From: Candidatus Thorarchaeota archaeon
GTDB lineage: Archaea > Asgardarchaeota > Thorarchaeia > Thorarchaeales > Thorarchaeaceae
Direction of reading: 5' to 3'
NCBI GenBank assembly: GCA_048884965.1
Contig: JBHLQH010000009.1
Location: 1 to 64,000, forward strand
Length of the DNA: 64,000 bases
Shown here: positions 46,638 to 56,083 of the stretch, piece after piece
How the letters are laid out: each line of letters opens with the position of its first letter
Numbering within the stretch: the first letter of the stretch is position 1
Translations under genes and position numbers: made by a program
The notes under the pieces: generated by a model
Told to the model about the DNA's origin: nothing
What the model saw: only the letters and a program-made list of their open reading frames with translations
The model's database searches: none

Positions 46638-46973
46638 TCACGACCGTTTGCTTGCAATCATCTCAGTGATTTCAGTCAACTGCTCCTCAGTTAGGTCTGT
46701 TGACTTAGCATCAAGAACTGTCTTTAGCTCTTCCACATTCACTGGTGCAATATTTACTACTTGAACAGCTTGAAATCTTGTCAAGTCATAGCCCTTCATC
46801 AATCGATCAACAAGCTTGGTCGATTCAGCGGGTGGCATTCTAGAGAATGTAGATGCATGTTCAAGAGTGATAGATTGCTGAAATGAAAGCTCGCCTTCCT
46901 TTCCTCGTTTGGTGAGTAGTTTCTTCACTTGTGGGAGTGGTACTTCTTCCTCACTTACGATTTCCTTCGGCAT
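46638..46973 (-). CDS. rpo4: RNA polymerase subunit Rpo4 (RpoF)
   Basis: EL.F.Q..TLEH...F, AVQVVNI.P...EEL; located after rpl21e. Confidence 0.9.
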   Translation of the reverse strand: MPKEIVSEEEVPLPQVKKLLTKRGKEGELSFQQSITLEHASTFSRMPPAESTKLVDRLMKGYDLTRFQAVQVVNIAPVNVEELKTVLDAKSTDLTEEQLTEITEMIASKRS

Positions 46974-46981
46974 TTTCCCCC

Positions 46982-47278
46982 TCATCCTTTGACTGGTCGA
47001 AGATGCTCAGGTCTAATGATAAGGGATTTTATTGCCTTTCCAAGACTGACATCTACAAGTAGGGCTCGACCTCGTCGACCTGAAACGACTCCAGTTCTGC
47101 CATGATATCGCTTGTGGGGCATTCCTTTGTGAACGGCTGAATCTATGACAATATTGACACGATCGCCTTCTTCATAGTCGATAAGGACCGCGCTCAATGA
47201 ATTAAGACCCTTATTCCTAATTCTTTTTGACATCAAGTTGCGAGTTCGTGCACGGAATCCATGACTATTCTTGACCAT
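46982..47278 (-). CDS. rpl21e: Ribosomal protein eL21
   Basis: SHGFR..TR, GDRV.I.ID..VHKGMPH.RYHGRTG, RPEHL. Confidence 0.97.
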   Translation of the reverse strand: MVKNSHGFRARTRNLMSKRIRNKGLNSLSAVLIDYEEGDRVNIVIDSAVHKGMPHKRYHGRTGVVSGRRGRALLVDVSLGKAIKSLIIRPEHLRPVKG

Positions 47279-47388
47279 AACGCATCATCTTTTCGATTTG
47301 ATACCTCTGCTAAGAGAATAAGGTATACTCTATACGAGAGGCTCAGCATTTCCTCTTGGGTGGCAACTTAAAGATTATGGTGTGTTAG

Positions 47389-48741
47389 TTAAGTGTGTAC
47401 CGCCATAACATTCAGTTGTGTACACATGCATTGAGTGCCTAGAACTTGCGTCAGGGAGGGCGAGGTTCTCCCTTCGTCTCCTGATATCAGCTCCTTGATA
47501 TAGGTCCCTCCTTGAACTTTGAAGTACCCCTCTAGGGTATGCGATTCTGTCTTGGACAGACGAATATCAATCACTTGCTTCTTTCTGATCAAGTCGCTTC
47601 TTCTATGCGACACCCGATTCGGGGTTCGTTGGTCCAGTATCGCACCCTTTAGCTCTTGCATCGCTTTCTCTAGTGCATTAGCGTCTACCTCTTCTTCTGT
47701 ATGAATCAATGCTTCATACTCCTTGACGCTTTCTGACGCGCTGATTTTCAATACTTGGAGCTTGTTCCTATTGGTAATCTCAAGAGACTCGATCTCTACC
47801 TTTCCAGCTGCTGAGCTATTAATCATCTCTGTCAGAATATCTAGATCGGGATGCCGGAGTCGGGGTTCTGAAATCTCCACAACGAACGGACGACCTGACC
47901 CAAGCATAAGTACGTCGATATCCTCCCTTCCAGCAGCATGAAATTTGAACTTGGTCCCTTTCAGTGCTTCTTGAATCGGAACCGCAATGTATTCAGATAC
48001 AGAATCTTGATAGTTCCTACCCGTCCCATCGCACTCTGCACAGCCCTTCCCTCTGCATTTTCTACAATCCCATCGGCTCTGAGGAATGCCTCGCATAAGC
48101 TTTCTATATCTGCCATAGATAAAGATGGGATTGATTCTGATATCCACAGTATCCTCTCGCATACTATAGAATGTGACCACATCTGGTTTCTCAAAATCAA
48201 CTGATTTTCCTAGAATGTCAGCTAGTGTCTTGCCTAGCATTCGATTGAACTCAGACTTGAGAAGCTCAGCATCTGTAAGTCCGATTTTCCCTCGTATCTC
48301 ATCATTCAATTCTGCAAGCTCTTCAACTGGTGTGGATCCAACTAGAAATGAATCATAGTCTAGTGATTCCAACAACTTCACAACTCTCTCAGCAATGGAT
48401 GGGATTCGCTCAAAGACGCTCACACCAGCAATGGTGCAAAGATGACAATCCTCTCGCATCTCAACTCGTTGTCCATATTTCTCGCACAATGATACTGCTG
48501 GCTGGAACATCCCATTTTCAGCGAGAATCTTTAGCAGCTCTAATCCTTCAGTCGTATTCCCTGATTTGTAAATACTATCAGCAAACATGGAGAGGGTAAG
48601 TTTCAATGATTGGCCTCTTGCTTCGTTTGAAGATTCAGTACTTAGCCAGGCGAATTGGCGACCAAGACACCTATCGCATATTGGGACGAGCTCTAGGATA
48701 CTTGCTGCCTGTCTTATCAAATCTGGACCCGAGTCTTCCAT
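47389..48741 (-). CDS. pus10: tRNA pseudouridine(54/55) synthase Pus10
   Basis: C.RCLGR, GRYRKL.RGIPQ, FHAAGREDIDV.MLG.GRPF, QRTP.RV.HRR, GGTYIKEL. Confidence 0.95.
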   Translation of the reverse strand: MEDSGPDLIRQAASILELVPICDRCLGRQFAWLSTESSNEARGQSLKLTLSMFADSIYKSGNTTEGLELLKILAENGMFQPAVSLCEKYGQRVEMREDCHLCTIAGVSVFERIPSIAERVVKLLESLDYDSFLVGSTPVEELAELNDEIRGKIGLTDAELLKSEFNRMLGKTLADILGKSVDFEKPDVVTFYSMREDTVDIRINPIFIYGRYRKLMRGIPQSRWDCRKCRGKGCAECDGTGRNYQDSVSEYIAVPIQEALKGTKFKFHAAGREDIDVLMLGSGRPFVVEISEPRLRHPDLDILTEMINSSAAGKVEIESLEITNRNKLQVLKISASESVKEYEALIHTEEEVDANALEKAMQELKGAILDQRTPNRVSHRRSDLIRKKQVIDIRLSKTESHTLEGYFKVQGGTYIKELISGDEGRTSPSLTQVLGTQCMCTQLNVMAVHT

Positions 48742-48802
48742 TTACTTACACCATTATCGCTTCTGTCGAATGACGATTCATAAAGATGTAGCTATATGCT
48801 AT

Positions 48803-49999
48803 CTAGAAGGGGTAAAGGTAACGGATGGTCCGAAGTCCGAGAAGCAGCATCTTGGGATTCTGCAGCAAACGAGAAATAACCTTCCTCTGCATATCCATAT
48901 CCCCTTCGCGCCTTACTATCTCAAGCAATCCATATCTATTGGCCCCTTCTACGACTGTATCGATTCCCTTGTCAGAGAGTGAAGTGAGCATCTTCTGTGC
49001 GATGAACATTGCTTGTAGTTCTCGATAAAGCACAGATTTCCATTTATGATCGAACTTGTTCAGCTCGACTGTACCGTTTTCTGTGAGAAGGACCTTTGAG
49101 ATATAGGCTCCTGCTATCTGAGCCATTGCCCCTCCAACGACGATTCCCCCGCCTGTTGTAGATTTTACGATCCCTGCCGCATCCCCCAGACTAACAGCAC
49201 CTTTATGCGCCGTCCTTGTCATTGGAAGGCCAACTAGTACGACCCCTCCAAATCCCCTCTCTATCTGCATTCCCCCCAGACGATCTGCCATGACCTCATG
49301 TTTTCGCATGCATCTTTCAAGTCGCAATTTCGCATGGTCTTTTGACGCAATTCCTACCCGCGCTCGACCACCACCAAGGGGAATGAGCCAAGCGAAAAAT
49401 CCCTTTGAGATTTGACGACCATAGAACATCTCTACATAGTCTACAGGTATATCAACTCCAGAGACTTCGTATTGGTATGCAGGGTATTTGTGACTTCTTG
49501 GGACACGGGACAACCCAAGTCTTTTGGCAATATGTCCTCGTGAGCCCTCCGCATTGATTACGACTCTCGAGCGCTCGGTCACAGAGCGACCATGGCTATC
49601 GCAGTGAACGATATACTCCCCTCTCTCATAGAACACATCTCTCACTGGGCACTCGGTTCTGATTTCAGCTCCTGAACTCTGTGCCTCTCTTGCTAGCCAC
49701 TTGTCGAACTCATGCCTGTTTACGACCAAAGCCTCTCTTTTCCCTCGTTCAATCGTCAGGGTGTGATTGGAAGGTGAGAATATTCTTGCTCCTGTGATGT
49801 TATTCTGAATCACTTCTTTTGGCGTCTTTAGTCCAAGCCTGCTCAACCCTGAGCTACTGATAAGACCAGCACAATGATCAGGATACCCGATATCTCTATG
49901 CTCCTCAAGAATGAGGACCTGGTGCCCATCTCTTGCTATTCTCTGAGCAGCTATGAGGCCTGACGGACCGCCTCCAATTATGATTACATCATAGCTCAC
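48803..49999 (-). CDS. Geranylgeranyl reductase family FAD-dependent oxidoreductase
   Basis: DVIIIGGGPSG, CAG, F.WLIP, GDAAG.V...TGGGI. Confidence 0.88.
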   Translation of the reverse strand: MSYDVIIIGGGPSGLIAAQRIARDGHQVLILEEHRDIGYPDHCAGLISSSGLSRLGLKTPKEVIQNNITGARIFSPSNHTLTIERGKREALVVNRHEFDKWLAREAQSSGAEIRTECPVRDVFYERGEYIVHCDSHGRSVTERSRVVINAEGSRGHIAKRLGLSRVPRSHKYPAYQYEVSGVDIPVDYVEMFYGRQISKGFFAWLIPLGGGRARVGIASKDHAKLRLERCMRKHEVMADRLGGMQIERGFGGVVLVGLPMTRTAHKGAVSLGDAAGIVKSTTGGGIVVGGAMAQIAGAYISKVLLTENGTVELNKFDHKWKSVLYRELQAMFIAQKMLTSLSDKGIDTVVEGANRYGLLEIVRREGDMDMQRKVISRLLQNPKMLLLGLRTIRYLYPF

Positions 50000-50083
50000 T
50001 TAGGACACCTGTGAAATAGCTGTATGCTATCCTTTTTATCATTCTCCAAACAGCTTCGATGCAGAAATCAGGCGGCAAATATC

Positions 50084-50452
50084 GTGAGTGGCAGACAATT
50101 TTCATACAAGCAAGTTATCGCTGTAAGGACAGACCTAGGCATGAGTAAAGGGAAGATGGCTGTTCAGGTAGCTCATGGCGCTGTCGGTGCAGCTGAACGC
50201 GCAAGGGTGAGTAGTCAAGATATTTGGCGGTCTTGGTTGAGAGAAGGGCAAAAGAAGGTCGCAGTCAAAGTTCAATCAGAAGAAGAACTCCTCCAACTAA
50301 TGCGAGAGGCAATCGCTCACAGATTACCATACTCTCTTATTCGTGACGCTGGAATGACTGAACTACCTCCTGGAACTATGACCGTTATTGGCATTGGACC
50401 TGCAAAGTCTGATGATGTGGATAAAGTAACTGCAAACCTCAAGCTCCTATAA
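50084..50452 (+). CDS. pth2: Peptidyl-tRNA hydrolase Pth2
   Basis: KQVI.VRTDL.MSKGK.A.QVAH, GQKKV, DAG.TE.PPGT.T..GIGP, LKLL; GTG 50084. Confidence 0.95.
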   Translation: MSGRQFSYKQVIAVRTDLGMSKGKMAVQVAHGAVGAAERARVSSQDIWRSWLREGQKKVAVKVQSEEELLQLMREAIAHRLPYSLIRDAGMTELPPGTMTVIGIGPAKSDDVDKVTANLKLL

Positions 50453-50463
50453 GAGGGATTCAT

Positions 50464-51816
50464 GTGAATAAACCTCATCCATTAGAACTCTCTATCGGTA
50501 TGGAGAATTACAGCACCTCCTTTCGAGGAGTGGGAGGCAATCTGAAATCGCGATATGAGGATTTCATTGTAGAGGAGATTGACTCAGACCACCAAGTTGC
50601 CATGGCCAGTATCCCATTCGACGCTCCCTGTGTTGTTCCAGATCCACTGGAAATCCGCGGAGTGGAGAAGAAAGCAAGGAACATCCATTTCACCATGCAA
50701 AAAATGGGTATTGCTACTTTAGATGCAGCAAGTCTGTTGGCAGCCTCCTTGAAGATTTCGCGCCATATGGTGACCTATGCAGGTCTCAAGGATAAACGAG
50801 CATTGACAGCGCAAAGAATGGCAATCCCAAAGTTTGCAATAGACAAATTGAAAGAGCTCAGTTTGCATCGCATTTGGATCAGGGACCTTTCATACTCTAG
50901 GCGCTCCATCAACATTGGCGATCTCTGGGGCAACAAATTCTCGATCTTACTAAGGGATATGGATGTATCCTGTGAAGAAGCACTTGAGAATATTGCTGGC
51001 ATTCAAAACACTTCCATGATGAACTACTTTGGTATTCAGAGGTTTGGTGTTTCAAGACCCTTCACGCATTTGGTTGGCAGAGCTATCATCAAGAGAGAGT
51101 ATGAAGAAGCTATTGATTTGATTCTTACAGAATCAAGCAGATATGAGCCCCAACAGGTCGCTGAGATTCGCAGACGTATCAAGGATGAGGGGATTTCTGA
51201 GCGCTTGATCGAGGAACTCCCTCAAGATTTGAGGTATGAGAAACTGGTTGCTCGGAGTCTGCTTAAACATCCCGATGACTATCAACTGGCTTTCTCAAGA
51301 ATCACCCCTCGTATCCAGACCCTTTTCATACATGCCTACCAGTCCTATTTGTTCAATCGTACACTCAGTTTGAGGTTTCAGCAAGGTATGTCTCTATCTG
51401 AGCCAATGCCTGGTGATTTCCTTATTCGTCTCGATCAAGCACATACTGGACGGGATGATTGGATGTACGTGACGGAACGGAATCAAGAATCTCTTCTCGA
51501 GAAAGTCAAGTCGGGCGAATACGGTCTTGCAGGTACTATAGTAGGGTACGCATCCAAGATGCCTAACGCACCTCAATCTGATCTGATTCGTCGTGTCCTA
51601 AAAAGTGAAGGAGTATCTCTTTCCAGTTTTAGGAATGCTGATAATCAGCATCTGGATTCTCCTGGAGGTCTTCATCTGCTGGCGATAGAAATCCCTGACA
51701 TTGAGGGGTCTTGCACTTCTGAAGGATTGAGGGTTGAATTCAAGCTTAGAAAGGGATCATATGCTACGGTAGTACTTCGAGAATTGATGAAGAATAGCCC
51801 CTTGAATAGATCTTGA
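50464..51816 (+). CDS. truD: tRNA pseudouridine(13) synthase TruD
   Basis: EDFIVEE, YAGLKDKRA.T.Q, GDL.GN.F, NYFG.QRFG, HAYQSYLFN, GSYAT..LRE. Confidence 0.95.
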   Translation: MNKPHPLELSIGMENYSTSFRGVGGNLKSRYEDFIVEEIDSDHQVAMASIPFDAPCVVPDPLEIRGVEKKARNIHFTMQKMGIATLDAASLLAASLKISRHMVTYAGLKDKRALTAQRMAIPKFAIDKLKELSLHRIWIRDLSYSRRSINIGDLWGNKFSILLRDMDVSCEEALENIAGIQNTSMMNYFGIQRFGVSRPFTHLVGRAIIKREYEEAIDLILTESSRYEPQQVAEIRRRIKDEGISERLIEELPQDLRYEKLVARSLLKHPDDYQLAFSRITPRIQTLFIHAYQSYLFNRTLSLRFQQGMSLSEPMPGDFLIRLDQAHTGRDDWMYVTERNQESLLEKVKSGEYGLAGTIVGYASKMPNAPQSDLIRRVLKSEGVSLSSFRNADNQHLDSPGGLHLLAIEIPDIEGSCTSEGLRVEFKLRKGSYATVVLRELMKNSPLNRS

Positions 51817-51817
51817 G

Positions 51818-52399
51818 CTACCGTGTTCGTGTTGAGAATTCCCTAAGCCTCTCACCAAACATATCAGCTTCGGATTCCTCATCCTTCTCAATTCGTTCAT
51901 CTTGATACTGAAATATAACCGATTCGCCGGTCACAGCAGTCGTTATAGCTCGTAGTTCCTGGTTTGAATATTTGATTCTCTGCCTATCCTCAGGATTCAG
52001 CATGACGATGTTCTCTTTGATTCCATTTGGCAGATACAGACTATTCACTCCCACTTCAATAGCTGGCTGAATCAGTTCCCTAACGATGGTTCTCAGCTTT
52101 GCTGGTCCTTCAACAATCAATGTCTTTCCATAGGTTTCATCAATAGCTTCCATGATAGGCTCATGCTCAAGCAAGATATCCTTGTTCTTCTTCTTGACAA
52201 CAATGATTAGAAGATCTTTGGTCCTTATTGCCCGTAGAAGATTCAATTCATCGAGATCCGGATAATCTTTTGCCGCCTCAAGAAGCCACTTACTGAACTC
52301 AACATCAAAAGATGTGATCTCTCCATTATCAAGGCGATCCTGGCAATTAGGACATAACATATCTGATTCAATGTCAAAAACACATACAGGGAGTCGCAT
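51818..52399 (-). CDS. NusA-like KH/Zn-finger protein (archaeal)
   Basis: P.C.FD..S..LCP.CQ.....GEI; commonly found beside truD/pth2. Confidence 0.7.
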   Translation of the reverse strand: MRLPVCVFDIESDMLCPNCQDRLDNGEITSFDVEFSKWLLEAAKDYPDLDELNLLRAIRTKDLLIIVVKKKNKDILLEHEPIMEAIDETYGKTLIVEGPAKLRTIVRELIQPAIEVGVNSLYLPNGIKENIVMLNPEDRQRIKYSNQELRAITTAVTGESVIFQYQDERIEKDEESEADMFGERLREFSTRTR

Positions 52400-52472
52400 C
52401 TAATATTCCTCGTCGAACTTGAAATTTATGATATCCAAGCTCGGGAGGAGCTTCTTATGAGACTTCCGAACA

Positions 52473-52784
52473 TTACCTTGTTAGTACTATATCAATGGTT
52501 GAAACGTTCAGGTCACTGCCCTTGTCAGTTTGAACAGTGGTGGTTCCAATTTGAATATCTTTGACTTTGACATCATCAAGAAATCGATGACGTGTTATCT
52601 CAGCAACATCAACGGCTCTACTGATCAGTCTCCCTCTTGCTCGAATTAGGACTTCTGTTGACCCTTTGTTGAAGAGCGTCACACATGCTAGAACGTAGCT
52701 CATGACGTTTTTAGAACCAACCAGTATCGTAGAATCTCCGCGGTTGTCGCCATCATTGTTTATCTCTTGTCTATCCTCCGCCAC
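52473..52784 (-). CDS. albA: DNA/RNA-binding protein Alba
   Basis: VG.K.VM.YV.A, ARGR.IS.AVDVAE, VS.I.I.L. Confidence 0.95.
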   Translation of the reverse strand: MAEDRQEINNDGDNRGDSTILVGSKNVMSYVLACVTLFNKGSTEVLIRARGRLISRAVDVAEITRHRFLDDVKVKDIQIGTTTVQTDKGSDLNVSTIDIVLTR

Positions 52785-52867
52785 ACAATGTCTCTCCAGT
52801 TGCTGTGGTAGTTCAGCGCATGAAGTACTATCGGTAGCAATAGATATAGATTTCGATTCCTTGGTTG

Positions 52868-52928
52868 GTACTCATCCTTGAGTACAGCACTTGTTCAAGC
52901 TAACTTGAACACCGAATGCCCTCATTCG
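52868..52928. promoter_or_regulatory. Three consecutive tetraloop hairpins / inverted repeats in the alba / beta-CASP divergent intergenic region
   Basis: GTACTCA-TCCT-TGAGTAC; TGTTCAAG-CTAA-CTTGAACA; CGAATG-CCCT-CATTCG. Confidence 0.45.
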
Positions 52929-52978
52929 CAAGCTTTTTCATCAATAGACGTTGGTCGAGGACTGGAAGTTACAAATAG

Positions 52979-54247
52979 ATGGCACAACTAACCTGTCTGG
53001 GTTCCTGTCGTGAGATTGGCAAGTCCGCCTTTCATCTCGAAGAAAAGAACGAAAGCATGCTTATCGATTATGGAACCAAATTCACAAATCCCCCGACATT
53101 TCCTGATATGCTCCCCACAGACAATCTTCAGGGTGTAGCAATCACACACGCTCATTTGGATCATTCGGGAGGCATTCCACGCATATTAGCCGCAGATGAT
53201 AACATCTCTCTCTTTTGCACCCCAGCTACAAGAGATCTCTGTATTCCCCTTATTCGTGATATGTACAAGATCTCAGGTGGTAGGATGCCATTCACAAGAA
53301 ACGATATCGCCAGAATTAGAAAGCAATGTCAACCGACTGCATATGAGGAAACCGTACCTCTAGGCAGGAAGTTCGAAATGACCCTCTTCAATGCAGGGCA
53401 TATTCCAGGAAGCTCTATGGTATCTATCCGCTATAATGGAAAGAGAATTCTATTCACTGGGGACTTCAATGCAATCGAATCTCGCCTTAATAGTGGGGCT
53501 AGGATCAACCTTCCCAAACACGACATAGTCGTAAGTGAGAGCACCTATGCTCGTCGTCTAAATCCTGATCGTGAAGAGATTGAAGAGGCACTGGTTCAGA
53601 CAGTTCTTGAAACAGTAGAGCGGGGTGGAATCGCTCTTATTCCAGCATTCGCTGTTGGGCGTAGTCAAGAAGTGATGTGCATATTAGAAGAACATGGCAT
53701 ACCTTCAAAGTATCCTATCTATGTGGACGGAATGGCTCGTAAGGTAAATGAAGTTGTTGTCAAGCATCCCAAATACATTAGTTCTCCTCAAGCATTCGAA
53801 CGGGCAGTACAACGCGCAAAAATCGTCTATGACCGGAGGGATCGCGATAACGCAATGAAGCGACCTGGTATCATAATTTCTCCTGCTGGAATGTTAAAAG
53901 GTGGCGCATCACACCATTATTTCAAGATGGTCCACGGAGATAAGAAGAACAGCATAATCTTGGTCAGCTTCCAGATTCCTGGTACTCCTGGGGCTGAGTT
54001 GCTTTCAAAGAAGCAAGTATCTGTAGGCCCTGTAGAATATAACGTGAAAGCAGATGTTCGGTATCACCACCTTAGCAGTCACTCCGACGCGAAAGGGCTC
54101 ATGCAGATGCTTCAAAGCATTCCTGGAGACCCCGAGTTCTATTTGGTACATGGAGAAAGCGAATCCTGTGATGCGTTAGCGGCGAAGTTGGAGAAGAAGG
54201 GGCGAAAAGTGACCATTCCAGAAACAAATCAGTCTTTTGAGGTATGA
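52979..54247 (+). CDS. MBL-fold beta-CASP ribonuclease (aCPSF2-like)
   Basis: EIGKS, THAHLDHSG, AGHIPGS, TGDF, ESTY, PAFAVGRSQE, SSHSD, VHGE. Confidence 0.9.
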   Translation: MAQLTCLGSCREIGKSAFHLEEKNESMLIDYGTKFTNPPTFPDMLPTDNLQGVAITHAHLDHSGGIPRILAADDNISLFCTPATRDLCIPLIRDMYKISGGRMPFTRNDIARIRKQCQPTAYEETVPLGRKFEMTLFNAGHIPGSSMVSIRYNGKRILFTGDFNAIESRLNSGARINLPKHDIVVSESTYARRLNPDREEIEEALVQTVLETVERGGIALIPAFAVGRSQEVMCILEEHGIPSKYPIYVDGMARKVNEVVVKHPKYISSPQAFERAVQRAKIVYDRRDRDNAMKRPGIIISPAGMLKGGASHHYFKMVHGDKKNSIILVSFQIPGTPGAELLSKKQVSVGPVEYNVKADVRYHHLSSHSDAKGLMQMLQSIPGDPEFYLVHGESESCDALAAKLEKKGRKVTIPETNQSFEV

Positions 54248-54262
54248 CCCGGCTTACCGAAT

Positions 54263-54466
54263 CTAAAGTTCAGGCCTATCCTCAGAAGGACCTCGATCTA
54301 CTCTGCGCATCCTTAGAATATTGAATGCTATAACCCCCAAGAAGATAGCCACTCTAAATATGATATCAATAGGAATGAAGAAGATAACTAATACTAGAAG
54401 AATTCCTATTGTCGCATGTGTCAAGAGGTTTTTCCAATCAGTCAGATAGTTTCTTAGAGATTCCAA
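54263..54466 (-). CDS. Small membrane protein (2 TM)
   Basis: YL.DWKNLLTH..IG plus two hydrophobic helices. Confidence 0.6.
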   Translation of the reverse strand: MESLRNYLTDWKNLLTHATIGILLVLVIFFIPIDIIFRVAIFLGVIAFNILRMRRVDRGPSEDRPEL

Positions 54467-54566
54467 AACTTGTATGATACACTCACCGCTAAGTCACGGA
54501 ATGAGTTGATGCTTTCCTGTTGTCTTTCAACTACAAAAATCAGATACTATTGAAAGTCTGAGGCTA

Positions 54567-54785
54567 CTATTCCTCTTCTTCAGCCTTTGGTCTAGCCTCG
54601 ACGACGTTGCATTTAATTCTTGATCGAATCTCTTCTGCTTTCTGGGGCTCTAAGATAATCGTGTAGAGGTACTTGGCAGTACGTAGTTTGTATTTGACGT
54701 GATCTGAACCTCTCTTGATACGACATTCAACAGCGTCTTCAGTCATTTCAAGGAACTTTTCTACATCATAGATTTGTTTTGGCAT
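54567..54785 (-). CDS. rpl38e: Ribosomal protein eL38
   Basis: MPKQI.DVEKFL...A....IKR....VK.K.RT.KYLYT; ATG 54785 downstream of tRNA-Val. Confidence 0.9.
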   Translation of the reverse strand: MPKQIYDVEKFLEMTEDAVECRIKRGSDHVKYKLRTAKYLYTIILEPQKAEEIRSRIKCNVVEARPKAEEEE

Positions 54786-54815
54786 TTTTCTAGCCCCGTT
54801 CTGTTTGATTTGGGA

Positions 54816-54891
54816 TGGTGGGCCGAGAGGGAATCGAACCCCCGATCCCCGCCGTGTGAAGGCGATGTCATAACCACTAGACCACCGGCCC
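54816..54891 (-). tRNA. tRNA-Val(CAC), CCA encoded
   Basis: GGGCCGG-TG-GTCTAGTGGTTATGAC-A-TCGCC-TTCACAC-GGCGG-GGATC-GGGGG-TTCGATT-CCCTC-TCGGCCC-A-CCA cloverleaf. Confidence 0.95.
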
Positions 54892-54910
54892 ACACGTATG
54901 AGTCAGGAAA

Positions 54911-55066
54911 TTACTTCTTCCTTCGCTTTGGCCTGAGATCCTTGTTCTTACACTTCCTGCACTTCTTGGCACCAAGTGGGTTTGTTGCTCCACATGTGCG
55001 GCATACCGACTTGTATAGCAAATAGTGCTGTGCGAGTCTTCGTTTCTCAATGTCGGAAACTGGCAT
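54911..55066 (-). CDS. rpl40e: Ribosomal protein eL40 (not in ORF track, 51 aa)
   Basis: [51 protein letters not shown] translated by hand. Confidence 0.93.
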   Translation of the reverse strand: MPVSDIEKRRLAQHYLLYKSVCRTCGATNPLGAKKCRKCKNKDLRPKRRKK

Positions 55067-55163
55067 TATTAGGACCTCATTTGTTTGAAATAGTGGACAA
55101 TATGTAGTCCGCTCTCAGGCCAACCGCAAGACTATGAATATAAACCTGTTCCTCTGGTAACAG

Positions 55164-55197
55164 AAAAAGGAAGCTTGCTGAGGGAATTCCCTCAGCA
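55164..55197 (-). terminator. Palindromic hairpin plus T-tract after sucD
   Basis: TGCTGAGGG-AATT-CCCTCAGCA, then CTTCCTTTTT on the minus strand. Confidence 0.65.
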
Positions 55198-55213
55198 TGA
55201 CTTGAGTAGTGCA

Positions 55214-56083
55214 CTAAAGCAATTCTTTGAGGATTCTTGCAACGTCACTAGGTTTCTCGGCTACTTGGATTCCAGCAGCGTTCATTGCCTTGATTTTAGC
55301 ATCTGCAGTGCCAGTGCTGCCGCTGATTATCGCGCCTGCATGACCCATTCTCTTTCCTGGAGGTGCAGTTCTGCCTGCTATAAAACCTACCACTGGCAGG
55401 TCATAGTGTTTCTGCACATAGGCTGCCGCTCGCTCTTCAGCATCTCCACCTATTTCTCCGACCAACACTAGCGCTTTGGTATCCTTATCTGCCTTGAATA
55501 GTTCAACCGCCTCGATGGTGGTCAGACCCACACATGGGTCGCCTCCTAGTCCAATCGCTGTGGAAATGCCAACTCCTGCATTTGTCATTCCAGCAGCTAT
55601 CTCATACGTAAGAGTCCCGCTCCTCGACATCAGGCCGACATCACCATCGGAGAATACATGACCTGGCATGATGCCTAGCTTTTGCTTGGCACCTGGAGTG
55701 ATGATTCCCGGAGTGTTTGGACCAATGATAGAAATCCCTTTGCCCTTCGCGGCATGGATGATCATCATCTCATCCTGCACTGGGACATGCTCAGTAATCA
55801 GTACGACAGGATTCAAGTCATTGGCAATGGCCTCTAATGCTGCATCACCTGCGAAGGGTGCTGGTACGAAAATTACGGAGGCAGTAGCATCTTCAGCTTC
55901 CTTTGCCTCTCTTACACTATCATAGACAGGGATTCCATGTACTTCTTCGCCCTTCTTACCTGGCGAGGTTCCAGCAACGATCCTAGTCCCATACTCTAGC
56001 ATGGCTTGGGAATGAAAAGTGCCTTGGGAACCAGTAATCCCTTGAATTACTACTCGTGTGTTCTTGTCTACCAATACTGCCAT
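55214..56083 (-). CDS. sucD: Succinyl-CoA synthetase alpha subunit
   Basis: QGITG.QG.FH, GPNTPG, SRSGTLTYE, G.GGD, GEIGG, MGHAGA. Confidence 0.95.
   Translation of the reverse strand: MAVLVDKNTRVVIQGITGSQGTFHSQAMLEYGTRIVAGTSPGKKGEEVHGIPVYDSVREAKEAEDATASVIFVPAPFAGDAALEAIANDLNPVVLITEHVPVQDEMMIIHAAKGKGISIIGPNTPGIITPGAKQKLGIMPGHVFSDGDVGLMSRSGTLTYEIAAGMTNAGVGISTAIGLGGDPCVGLTTIEAVELFKADKDTKALVLVGEIGGDAEERAAAYVQKHYDLPVVGFIAGRTAPPGKRMGHAGAIISGSTGTADAKIKAMNAAGIQVAEKPSDVARILKELL

Noticed and set aside
54786-54893. N-terminal extension of the 108-aa ORF 54567..54893
   Set aside because: It overlaps tRNA-Val; eL38 homology begins at ATG 54785.
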